Assembly: GCA_031414775.1 (NCBI GenBank)
Contig: JANOQI010000035.1
Span: forward strand, 30,609-94,608
DNA length: 64,000 nucleotides
Direction: 5' to 3'
Source of the DNA: Synechococcales cyanobacterium VAR_4_metabat_354
Lineage (GTDB): Bacteria; Cyanobacteriota; Cyanobacteriia; Cyanobacteriales; Chamaesiphonaceae
A program made the translations under genes and the position numbers. This document shows, piece after piece, positions 33,166 to 42,087 of the stretch; positions within the stretch are counted from its first letter, which is position 1; each line of letters starts with the position of its first letter. The notes under the pieces were generated by a model, which saw nothing but the letters and a program-made list of their open reading frames with translations, searched no databases and was not told the origin of the DNA.

Positions 33166-33260
33166 GAGTCACAGGCTGGCTTAGACAAGCATTTCACGAA
33201 AGTTTACAATCATTCTAAGCTATTTTCCTGATTGACGGTGATGGTAAGAGATTTCCGAAT

Positions 33261-34127
33261 CTAAAATGCAGTGAAGGATTGCAAAGATGCTACTGAAATA
33301 TTTCCGACTGGCGGCTGATGGTTTAACCAGTTCACGGAAAGCTTGGCAAAACTCTCGGCACAGCCACTCACATAAAAACTAGTCTCACCCATTCGATCGC
33401 TAGTATTTTGGAGCTGTTCTTGCTCTAATACTTTCAATGCTTCCGTCACCGCCGATTCTGCCGGATTTACATAATTAATCTCTGGCGGCATAAATTTTTC
33501 AAAGACTGTTTTTAGATGTGGATAGTGAGTACAGCCAAAAACTAACGCATCGATATTGACATCAATCAACGGCTGTAAGCATTCCCTGGCAATTTCCAAG
33601 GTCTCCGGCTCATGGATGCGGTTCTGTTCAATCAGCGGCACAAACTGGGGACAGGCCACTTCCCAAACTTTTACGGTGGAATCGCCACGTCGCATCTCAT
33701 TGCCATATGCTTTACTGTTCACGGTGGCCTGGGTGGCAATTACCCCCACCCGGCGGCCAGCCTTAACAGCCGCTCTGGCTCCAGGCTTAACCACGCCCAC
33801 GATTGGAAAATCGAACTCAGCGCGCACTATATCTAAAGCTAAGGCTGAACCAGTGCTACAGGCCATCAGCACCATTTTTACTTGGCGCTGTGCCATCATG
33901 GTCAAAATTTCGCGCACGAACTGGACAATTTCACCCGGTTCCCGATTGCCATAGGGTACCCGGGCAGTATCACCAAAGTATAAAACTGATTCATGGGGCA
34001 GCTGTTTATGAATCTCTTTTAAAACTGTCAAACCGCCTACTCCACTATCGAACACACCAATCTGGGCATTAGCAGTACGGATAGAAGGCGATGAGGCGAC
34101 AGGGACAATCAGCAAGGTAAACCTCAA
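33261..34127 (-). CDS. murI: Glutamate racemase (start uncertain)
   Basis: IGVFDSGVGGLTV, FGDTARVPYG, MACST, FGCTHYP. Confidence 0.96.
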   Translation of the reverse strand: MRFTLLIVPVASSPSIRTANAQIGVFDSGVGGLTVLKEIHKQLPHESVLYFGDTARVPYGNREPGEIVQFVREILTMMAQRQVKMVLMACSTGSALALDIVRAEFDFPIVGVVKPGARAAVKAGRRVGVIATQATVNSKAYGNEMRRGDSTVKVWEVACPQFVPLIEQNRIHEPETLEIARECLQPLIDVNIDALVFGCTHYPHLKTVFEKFMPPEINYVNPAESAVTEALKVLEQEQLQNTSDRMGETSFYVSGCAESFAKLSVNWLNHQPPVGNISVASLQSFTAF

Positions 34128-34261
34128 TCAGGTATAAGATACAGCACTAGAATGCTTTCAACATTTGTATCATATCTTTACCAAATTGGATTCATGTATT
34201 TGTATCAATTTCAGCTATCAATGAACAGCAATATTGAGTCTTCTACTTATAGCCATTAAAA

Positions 34262-35767
34262 TTATTGGCGTAGATATTCAATGATTCCTTTGGCGATTCC
34301 TTCGGCTTCTGCTTCTTGATAGTCATCCCGCCGCAGTCTGGCTACTTCAGCAGCATTAGTCAAATATCCAGTTTCTACCAGAATCGCTGGTATCTGAGAC
34401 TTCCGCAGAACTAAGAAACGGGCACTACGAGTCCCTCGGTTGCCAATATAGAATCCTTTCTGAGTGACTGTACTCAGCACATTGCGATGCACGACTTCAG
34501 CCATTCTTCCACCCGCTTGACCATAGAAGTAGGTTTCTAGCCCATTGACATCAGACCGTCCGTCTATCGAGTTAGCATGAATACTGACAAAGACAGTAGC
34601 ATTATTGCGATTGGCCATAACAACTCGTTCGTCTAGGCCGACAAAGTAGCCACTATCTCGAGTCAATTTAGTACGAATACCTTGGCTTTCTAATATCCTA
34701 GAAACTCGTTTAGCGATCGGTAGAATCACATCAACTTCCTTGAGACCACCAATTCCGATGGCGCCAGGATCTTTACCTCCATGGCCAGGGTCAAGCATGA
34801 CTAAAACTTGGCGATTAACTGGCCTCCCAGCGGGGAAGGTTGTCGGCACTGTGGTGCGTGGTGTTGCTGTGTTGCTGGGTTGACGAGCTTCTGCTACCAC
34901 TGGCCGGGGTGAACCACCATAGGGCAAAGACAAAATCTGACCAGCGTAGTACTGAACAACTGGACCAATCTGATTGCGATCGAAGCGTCGGACTTCTACC
35001 TGCACCGAGTTGGGGCCAGCAGAAAAAATCTGAAGATTAACTTCATTTTGGGAAGGAAACTTAAAGTTGCCAGCTAGCCGAGCATTGGGGATTACCACTC
35101 GATAGACAGAGCCTTTAGCATCCCAGCTACCACTGTAACTGAGCTGACGACTACCGCGAATAATGACCCGGTTATACTGCTTGTCCACTTCCACCGCACT
35201 GATGGTCACCGGTGCTCCTGATGCGGCTATTAGAGTTGCCGAACTAGCTGGTGGCGCTGAACTACTAACCCCAGTAACCACACTGGTAGTCACCTGTCGA
35301 TCGGGCGCAACTAAACCACCTGTTTCATTGAATACAGACACACTACCCGTCGGTGCAGCCCCCTTAGATAACTGCGCTTCGGGCAACTGTACTGACCACT
35401 GATTAGCACTATTAGCCCTAATCAAGATCTGTCTGGGATCAAATATATAGCCGGACTCTAGCTCAAATACTAAATTGGTGGTACGGGTCTCATCGTTATA
35501 TCCAACTCGCAACTCCCGAACACCTTTACCAATAGGCTGACGCTGCGTAGACTTGTTCAGCTTGGTCTCCGGCAAGGATATCACTAGCTTGCCTGGGTCA
35601 GCTAGTAATTGGGCTTCTGGCTTTACCCGACTATCGGTAGCAAAATCTAGTCGATTGTTAGTTTGATCAAACCGCCAAGAAACTATTTCTGAGGCGGCAG
35701 CTGGCAATGCTACCAATGCGGCCAACAAGGAACCAATAATACCGGGTAATAGCCAGTTCAGTTTCAC
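34262..35767 (-). CDS. amiC: N-acetylmuramoyl-L-alanine amidase with AMIN domains
   Basis: Signal peptide and AMIN region, then Amidase_3 motifs LDPGHGGKDPGA, E..VIL.IA, FVSIHANS, AILVETGY. Confidence 0.93.
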   Translation of the reverse strand: MKLNWLLPGIIGSLLAALVALPAAASEIVSWRFDQTNNRLDFATDSRVKPEAQLLADPGKLVISLPETKLNKSTQRQPIGKGVRELRVGYNDETRTTNLVFELESGYIFDPRQILIRANSANQWSVQLPEAQLSKGAAPTGSVSVFNETGGLVAPDRQVTTSVVTGVSSSAPPASSATLIAASGAPVTISAVEVDKQYNRVIIRGSRQLSYSGSWDAKGSVYRVVIPNARLAGNFKFPSQNEVNLQIFSAGPNSVQVEVRRFDRNQIGPVVQYYAGQILSLPYGGSPRPVVAEARQPSNTATPRTTVPTTFPAGRPVNRQVLVMLDPGHGGKDPGAIGIGGLKEVDVILPIAKRVSRILESQGIRTKLTRDSGYFVGLDERVVMANRNNATVFVSIHANSIDGRSDVNGLETYFYGQAGGRMAEVVHRNVLSTVTQKGFYIGNRGTRSARFLVLRKSQIPAILVETGYLTNAAEVARLRRDDYQEAEAEGIAKGIIEYLRQ

Positions 35768-35808
35768 GAGGTTTTGCTCCTATCTTTTCGAGGTTTAAAC
35801 AATTGGGA

Positions 35809-36255
35809 CTAGAGATTTGGGATTTTGCCGACTGTGGGATTAGGAATATCTACGATCCAGTCGATCGGGTTCAACCCCGTAAAACTGATCTGCTTAGGAT
35901 TTAGTGTATATCCTTGTCGAACCTCTAAAACCAAGCGAGTTGTGTTGCTGTTAACCTGGCCCACGCGCAGGGTGCTATAGTAGCCAGATAGTTTTTGCGT
36001 AATGGTACGCCTGGGAAAGGTAGTAGCCGGTAAGTCAATCACTAGTCTGGTTGGTGCAAATAACAATAAAGCTTTTGGTTGTACTCTCCCATCAGTTTTA
36101 AAGGATAGGCGCTTGCCATCGCTAGATAGCTGCCAGGTCTTTAATTGCCCAGCTTGTGCAGACGGGGCCAAAGTCAAAGCAATTAGTGTGTAAACAAAAG
36201 CTACAACTAATGGCAATTTGGCTGTACGGAGCGTGCGGGAACGTTGGTCAATCAC
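35809..36255 (-). CDS. Secreted stand-alone AMIN-domain protein
   Basis: Signal peptide, PTRLVIDLP, LRVGQ..TTRLVLE. Similar to the N-terminus of the adjacent AmiC and has no catalytic domain. Confidence 0.82.
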   Translation of the reverse strand: MIDQRSRTLRTAKLPLVVAFVYTLIALTLAPSAQAGQLKTWQLSSDGKRLSFKTDGRVQPKALLLFAPTRLVIDLPATTFPRRTITQKLSGYYSTLRVGQVNSNTTRLVLEVRQGYTLNPKQISFTGLNPIDWIVDIPNPTVGKIPNL

Positions 36256-36543
36256 CTAAGACAGTTGGGGATAATTATAGATGTGTACCTAGATGTCTTT
36301 CCACACTAATTTGTTTCAAATTGAGCACAAAAAGTCTAATATCTGAATAATCACCTATACAAACACAACGGTAATCGTATCAGCTTGTGACGGATTTTCC
36401 ATTGTTGTTGTAGAACCGATGATACAACAATCCCGGCCTGAAATTTTAGGAGTGGCCAGATAATTTGTGCTATTCATGAGTTCTAGAGCGAAGGCCGCAG
36501 GAGGTTTCTAGCCCCCCGCCCCCATACATTGCAGCTTAAATAT

Positions 36544-37497
36544 TTAGGCTACGTATTCTCGGATATCGTCTTTGCGTTTCCGCAATTTGGCGATCGCCTC
36601 CCGCTCAATTTGGCGCACTCGTTCGCGACTGATATTTAACATTTCACCAATTTTGGCCAAAGTTAAAGGCTGGCTGTCGTGTAAACCAAAACGCATCGTC
36701 AAGACCTGTTGCTGCTGTGGAGATAGTTCAGCCATCATCTTTTCCAAATCCATTTGTAAAGAAGATTGAATCACAAACTCTTCCGGAGAGACTCCTGGAT
36801 CTTCCAACAGATCTCCCAGCTCGGTATCTTGATTGTCACCTACTCGTAGATCCAGAGATAACGGCTGCCGAGCACGCTCTAGATATTCTCGTACCTGTTT
36901 GGGAGTGAGTTCCAGTTCTATGGCTAACTCGGGGACAGTTGCTGCTCGTCCTAGTTGTTGAGCCAAAGACCGCTGCGCCTTTTTGATTTTGTTTAGCTTT
37001 TCAGTAATGTGAATAGGTAAACGAATAGCGCGAGCTTTTTCGGCAATGGCGCGGGTGATGGCTTGCCGAATCCACCAGTAAGCATAGGTTGAAAAACGGT
37101 AGCCCTTGCTGGGGTCGAATTTTTCTACGCCACGCTGCATACCGATCGTTCCTTCCTGAATCAAATCCAGTAGGTCGATATTACGCTTAATGTATTTCTT
37201 GGCTACCGAAACTACCAATCGCAGGTTAGCCTCTACCATTTTGCGTTTGGCCAGTTCGCCAGCGGATACTACCCGCTGTAAATTTTCCGGATCCATTTGA
37301 GCGGCTGCCGACCACTGTTCTAAAGTTGGTTCTTGATGAAGCTCTTCGACCAACTGGTTTTTGATCGAGACCATGGCAACCAGTTGCTGCACTTGCTTGC
37401 CCAGCAAAATTTCTTGCTCATGCGTGAGTAGAGGAACTCTTCCAATCTCACGGAGGTAAGTACGAACTGTATCAGTTGAAGCTAGTGCTGTTCTCAT
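36544..37497 (-). CDS. sigD: Group 2 RNA polymerase sigma factor, SigD-like
   Basis: [80 protein letters not shown]. No region 1.1. Confidence 0.85.
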   Translation of the reverse strand: MRTALASTDTVRTYLREIGRVPLLTHEQEILLGKQVQQLVAMVSIKNQLVEELHQEPTLEQWSAAAQMDPENLQRVVSAGELAKRKMVEANLRLVVSVAKKYIKRNIDLLDLIQEGTIGMQRGVEKFDPSKGYRFSTYAYWWIRQAITRAIAEKARAIRLPIHITEKLNKIKKAQRSLAQQLGRAATVPELAIELELTPKQVREYLERARQPLSLDLRVGDNQDTELGDLLEDPGVSPEEFVIQSSLQMDLEKMMAELSPQQQQVLTMRFGLHDSQPLTLAKIGEMLNISRERVRQIEREAIAKLRKRKDDIREYVA

Positions 37498-37706
37498 GGC
37501 TTGGGAAGGGATATAGGTTTAATACAGATTAGTTATCTGGGCTTAAACGGTTTATTGCCACAAATCAGTTGGTCTAGAATCTTTTCTGAGTGGAGAGATG
37601 AGAGGAAATGTGACCTTCCTATCTATTCCCTGCAAGACTTTCACTATTGGCCACTTAGAAAAATGAGAGTGTTTACTTCACTAAGTGTAACATTCTCTCA
37701 ATGTTT

Positions 37707-37724
37707 GTTACTATACTTTACATA
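37707..37724. promoter_or_regulatory. HLR1 (RpaB) direct repeat upstream of sigD
   Basis: GTTACTAT-AC-TTTACATA versus consensus KTTACAWW-N2-KTTACAWW (one mismatch). Overlaps a minus-strand TATAGT -10-like hexamer at 37710-37715. Confidence 0.65.
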
Positions 37725-37879
37725 TAAATTTAGTCCTATGTAAAGGAAATTTAAGTATTTCCACGGTATCGGCCTGAAACGATAATGTCTGCAGCTGAAA
37801 TTACACTCCGGATCTTAAAGAAAAAACTGATCTTAAAACTTGTTCTCAAGTTAATGTTCTCCATCTATCTAATAAATTT

Positions 37880-38494
37880 ATGAGTCCTACTGTTTGGTTA
37901 GTAAGACATGCTCACCGACTAGACTTTATCCAACCGGAATGGTTTGATACAGCTCCTTTCCCTTATGATCCACCTCTATCCGCATTCGGGTGGCAACAAT
38001 CTTTAGAACTGGTATCTCAACTGCAAAATTCTCATATCCAACAAATTTTTACCTCGCCTTATCTACGTACAATTCAAACAGCCTGTCCTATTGCTCAGTT
38101 CTTAGGCTTACCAATTCGGGTAGAAAACGGACTTAGAGAATGGCTGCACCCGGAATGGTCGCCCTCTTTACCAGAAACCTTACCAATAGAAATGCTTACT
38201 GACCAATGCCTACCTATCGACTTGGACTATCAATCTCAGATTGCCGCTACTTACCCGGAGACGATCGAAGAGCTACTCACTAGAGCGACAACAGTCATTA
38301 ATAATATTGTTGCTCAGTCCCAAGATTCTGTACTAATAGTAGCACACAAGCATGTCTTGCTTGGCATAGTGGCCGCCCTTACTGGCAGAACGGCGATGCT
38401 ACAAAAGTCAGAATTTGTGCTTGCTGGTGTGATGGTTTTAACTACTTCGGAGCGCGCTGGTGGGTGTTGGCAAATTGCACCACTGGATTCATGA
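37880..38494 (+). CDS. Histidine phosphatase superfamily protein
   Basis: WLVRHAHR, DPPLS, FTSPYLRTIQTA, GLREW, LIVAH. Confidence 0.9.
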   Translation: MSPTVWLVRHAHRLDFIQPEWFDTAPFPYDPPLSAFGWQQSLELVSQLQNSHIQQIFTSPYLRTIQTACPIAQFLGLPIRVENGLREWLHPEWSPSLPETLPIEMLTDQCLPIDLDYQSQIAATYPETIEELLTRATTVINNIVAQSQDSVLIVAHKHVLLGIVAALTGRTAMLQKSEFVLAGVMVLTTSERAGGCWQIAPLDS

Positions 38495-38581
38495 GGAAAT
38501 CTGACTTGATAGCATTCACTCGGGATTCGTTATACTGGCAGCAAGTTTTAATATCTTTGATAGTAAATTATTTTTAAAATT

Positions 38582-38974
38582 GTGAACTTTTCTATTCGAT
38601 CGATTACTTATTCGTTAGCAACCTACCAGCGAGCGGAAATAGCCTTATGTTGTCTACCTTTTAATATTAGGCTATTTCAGGAAATGCGTGCCCGAGGGGT
38701 ATCCATTTTTAAGGTGGCTGGGAGTAGTGGCGTGGAACTGGGCTATACCCAGCGGCGCTTAACAGAATTAGTGGCGGAAAGTAACCTGGTGTGGCTAATT
38801 CAGGTGGGTATTCTCCGCCGGGAAGTAGATGGACAGGGTTTGACCGATAGCTTTCGGCTCACCCCATTGGGCTTGCAACTGATCGAGAAATGGGGGAATC
38901 ACGATTTCCCCCGTCCGCGTAAACGCGATCGATTAACTAACTTGGCGAACCGCTGGCTGCGGTCGATCGTTTAG
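38582..38974 (+). CDS. Conserved cyanobacterial protein (Npun_F0494-like)
   Basis: LVWLIQVGILRREVDGQGLTDSFRLTPLG. Located upstream of cobQ. Confidence 0.8.
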   Translation: MNFSIRSITYSLATYQRAEIALCCLPFNIRLFQEMRARGVSIFKVAGSSGVELGYTQRRLTELVAESNLVWLIQVGILRREVDGQGLTDSFRLTPLGLQLIEKWGNHDFPRPRKRDRLTNLANRWLRSIV

Positions 38975-38976
38975 TA

Positions 38977-40443
38977 ATGCCAGCCATTATGGTGGTAGGC
39001 ACCACCTCTCATGCCGGGAAGTCGCTGTTGACAGCCGCCATCTGTCGCCTCTTAGTGCGGCAGGGACAGCGGGTTTGCCCGTTTAAAGGCCAAAATATGG
39101 CACTTAATGCCTATGTTACTGCTGATGGTGGTGAAATTGGTCATGCGCAAGCGGTACAAGCCTGGGCGGCGCGGTTAGAACCCCAAGTAATGATGAACCC
39201 CATTTTGCTGAAACCCCAGGGAGATATGACTTCTCAGGTGATTTTGATGGGGCAACCGGTGGGGCAAGTAGGAGCCGCCGAGTACTATGAGCAGTATTTT
39301 GATCGTGGTTGGCAAGCTATTACTAGCTGCCTCGATCAGCTGCAACAACAATACGACTATATTGTCTGTGAAGGCGCTGGTAGCCCAGCCGAAATTAATC
39401 TCAAGCATCGAGATTTGACTAATATGCGGGTGGCTAGTTACCTCAACGCCAGCACGTTGTTGGTGGCAGATATCGATCGAGGGGGCGTATTTGCTCATAT
39501 TGTCGGCACTCTAGAGCTGTTGACACCTGACGAAAGAAAATTGATCAAAGGGTTTGTGATTAATAAATTTCGGGGGCAGCGCTCCCTATTACAATCGGGC
39601 TTAGACTGGCTGGAAGAACGCACCGGGATTCCAGTGGTGGGAGTACTGCCCTATTTCCAACCCCAGTTACCAGCCGAGGACTCTTTGGATTTGTTCGATC
39701 GAAGGATCGGTAAACCCGATGCCGAACTTCAGATTGGAGTCATTCGATTGCCGCGCATGGCTAACTTCACTGATTTTGACCCGCTGATGGCCGAGCCAAC
39801 CGTACAGCTTACCTACCTCGATCGATCGCAACCCCACAAAAAATTTGATGCTCTGATTATTCCGGGCACCAAAACCACCCTGGCGGACTGTCAATGGTTG
39901 CATTCATCTGGTCTGGCCAAGATGATTCACGAACATGTCAAGGCCGGTGGTGATGTGATGGGTCTTTGTGGGGGTTTGCAAATGCTGGGCAAAACCATCT
40001 TTGATCCGGTGGGGTTAGAAGGGGTAGCCGGAGAAGTTGCTGGACTAGGTTTGTTGCCAATCAATACCGTAATAGGTGAGGACAAAGTGCTACGCCAACG
40101 CCAGGTAGACTCTAATTATTTTTCGACGCGCAGTCCGGTATGTGGTTATGAAATTCATCAAGGCACCACTACTTGGAGCGGGTCAAATCCAGCTCAACTA
40201 CTGTTTGATAATCCAGATTTAGGTTGGGTCGTAAATGACCGAATTTGGGGCACTTATCTGCATGGCATTTTTGATCATGGAGAATGGCGTAGATCCTGGC
40301 TTAACCAGATTCGGCAACGCCAGGGTTTAGAAACATTGCCTACCGATGTTGTCAATTACGCCGTGCAACGAGATTTTGCTTTGGATGCAGTGGCGGATCT
40401 TGTCGGTGAGCATTTAAATCTGAAACTACTAACTGAAGGCTAG
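38977..40443 (+). CDS. cobQ: Cobyric acid synthase
   Basis: GTTSHAGKS, PFKGQNMALN, EGAGSPAEINL, DIDRGG, NFTDFDPL, GLCGGLQMLG, GYEIH, GTYLHG. Confidence 0.97.
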   Translation: MPAIMVVGTTSHAGKSLLTAAICRLLVRQGQRVCPFKGQNMALNAYVTADGGEIGHAQAVQAWAARLEPQVMMNPILLKPQGDMTSQVILMGQPVGQVGAAEYYEQYFDRGWQAITSCLDQLQQQYDYIVCEGAGSPAEINLKHRDLTNMRVASYLNASTLLVADIDRGGVFAHIVGTLELLTPDERKLIKGFVINKFRGQRSLLQSGLDWLEERTGIPVVGVLPYFQPQLPAEDSLDLFDRRIGKPDAELQIGVIRLPRMANFTDFDPLMAEPTVQLTYLDRSQPHKKFDALIIPGTKTTLADCQWLHSSGLAKMIHEHVKAGGDVMGLCGGLQMLGKTIFDPVGLEGVAGEVAGLGLLPINTVIGEDKVLRQRQVDSNYFSTRSPVCGYEIHQGTTTWSGSNPAQLLFDNPDLGWVVNDRIWGTYLHGIFDHGEWRRSWLNQIRQRQGLETLPTDVVNYAVQRDFALDAVADLVGEHLNLKLLTEG

Positions 40444-40525
40444 CTGAACTGGTATTTCCCATTTCACTTATGCCGTCCTGATTTTTCCGCCAGCTAGAAG
40501 TTAAAAATGATTGCTAGTTAGTGCC

Positions 40526-40582
40526 TTGTCGGATAAATGCAAGTGTACTATAATAACCTTTGCATATGCAGTGGTTACTATA
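40526..40582 (+). promoter_or_regulatory. Sigma70-type promoter and overlapping palindromic operator of the methyltransferase
   Basis: TTGTCG(40526)-N17-TATAAT(40549). Imperfect 34-bp palindrome TATAATAACC-TT-TGCATATGCA-GT-GGTTACTATA at 40549-40582. Confidence 0.65.
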
Positions 40583-40587
40583 AAAAT

Positions 40588-41823
40588 ATGAATAACAGCC
40601 CAGATAGCTTGACAATCTCCCATGCCAGTGAATACTTGGGGGTTTCTCTTGACACTATTCGGCGCTGGGAAAAAAAGGGGTTAGTCAAAACCAAGCGATC
40701 GGAAACTGGGCATCGACTATTTTCAGTATCAGAGCTAGAACGGCTAAAACATAAGTTATCCGGCGGTACTGGTAAGTTATTTTCTGTGCTCCAAGCCCCC
40801 CAAGCTACTAAATTTAAGGTGGTAGAGTTGTTTGCTGGTGCTGGTGGTTTGGCCTTAGGCATGGAAAATGCTGGGCTAAAAGCAAAACTATTGGTAGAAA
40901 TTGATAAAAATGCAGTGGCCACCTTGCGCCAAAATCGTCCAGATTGGCCGGTGGTTGGTGATGACATCGCTAACATTGACTTTACTGGCATCCAAGCTGA
41001 GGTAGTTACCGGAGGATTTCCTTGTCAAGCTTTTAGCTATGCTGGCAAGCGACTAGGTTTTGAAGATATTCGAGGAACTCTATTTTTTGAATATGTGCGA
41101 GCAATTCAAGAAATCAATCCAAAAGTTATTGTGGGTGAGAATGTGCGCGGGCTAGAAAGACATGATGGTGGTCGTACCCTGTTAACTATGCTGCAAATAC
41201 TGCATGATTTAGGATATCGGGTTGAGTATCGAATTTTGCGTTCTCAATATCTAGATGTGCCCCAAAAACGTGAGCGGTTAGTCATGATTGGAGTAAGAAA
41301 AGATTTGGATTTGCCAATTTGTTTTCCCAAAGAGCAAGACTATACGGTTAGTTTGCGTGAGGCTTTAGTCGATGTTCCATTTTCGGTAGGGCAAACTTAT
41401 ACCAAAGTTAAATATGAAGTAATGTCACTGATTCCAGAAGGTGGATATTGGCGAGATTTACCTATCGATATTCGCCAAAAATATATGGGAGCCAGTTTTT
41501 ACTTAGGCGGTGGCAAGACTGGGATGGCTCGTCGCTTAGCCTGGGATGAACCGTCCTTGACATTAACTTGTAATCCTGCCCAGAAACAAACAGAACGCTG
41601 TCATCCGGCAGAAACTAGGCCGTTGAATGTTCGGGAATATGCCAGAATTCAATCCTTTCCAGATACCTGGCATTTCACTGGTTCTACTGCTGCTCAATAC
41701 AAGCAGATTGGTAATGCTGTACCAGTTAATCTTGGATATCACATTGGGCTTTGTTTGATTAGTATGTTAAAAAGAAAACCAGATCTAGACTCAATGATTG
41801 TTATCCCCCAAATGCCGCACTGA
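40588..41823 (+). CDS. DNA (cytosine-5)-methyltransferase with N-terminal MerR/excisionase-like HTH, Sau96I/Eco47II-like (GGNCC specificity inferred)
   Basis: HTH LTISHASEYLGVSLDTIRRWE. Motifs ELFAGAGG, GGFPCQAFS, ENV, QKRER, REYARIQSFP, QIGNAVP. TRD GGGKTGMARRLAWDEPSLTLTC.PAQKQTERCHP. Confidence 0.92.
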   Translation: MNNSPDSLTISHASEYLGVSLDTIRRWEKKGLVKTKRSETGHRLFSVSELERLKHKLSGGTGKLFSVLQAPQATKFKVVELFAGAGGLALGMENAGLKAKLLVEIDKNAVATLRQNRPDWPVVGDDIANIDFTGIQAEVVTGGFPCQAFSYAGKRLGFEDIRGTLFFEYVRAIQEINPKVIVGENVRGLERHDGGRTLLTMLQILHDLGYRVEYRILRSQYLDVPQKRERLVMIGVRKDLDLPICFPKEQDYTVSLREALVDVPFSVGQTYTKVKYEVMSLIPEGGYWRDLPIDIRQKYMGASFYLGGGKTGMARRLAWDEPSLTLTCNPAQKQTERCHPAETRPLNVREYARIQSFPDTWHFTGSTAAQYKQIGNAVPVNLGYHIGLCLISMLKRKPDLDSMIVIPQMPH

Positions 41824-41923
41824 AAAAAGATTTTGCAAATGTCCGATCATCGAATTTAACAGCCAAGATATGCTGAACTGCTTTTTCCAGTTTAGCATCA
41901 GATACAAAAGATAATTTTGACAT
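41801..41923 (-). pseudogene. 40-aa probable remnant of the cognate type II restriction endonuclease (Eco47II-family-like N-terminus)
   Basis: Manual translation MSKLSFVSDAKLEKAVQHILAVKFDDRTFAKSFFSAAFGG*. Convergent with the methyltransferase and overlaps its 3' end by 23 nt. Confidence 0.45.
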
Positions 41924-42087
41924 ATTGTTCAGAAGTTCTTTGAGTCTTCTAAGTATAAAATACCATATTAGCTACAGATGCGAGAGCGGTACAGTAACTC
42001 CTTTTGAAAGTATTCTTCACTTCTGATCAGAACCACTAATTTGGTACTTTGGAAAACTTAGTTGGGCAGCACAATATAGTGAAAATG

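Noticed and set aside
33193..33210. Possible HLR1 upstream of sds (TTCACGAA-AG-TTTACAAT)
   Set aside because: Two mismatches in the first half-site make it plausible but unsupported.
34167..36426. GTA...TAC motifs near 34167 and 36410 as NtcA sites
   Set aside because: Spacing is 9 and 10 nt rather than 8.
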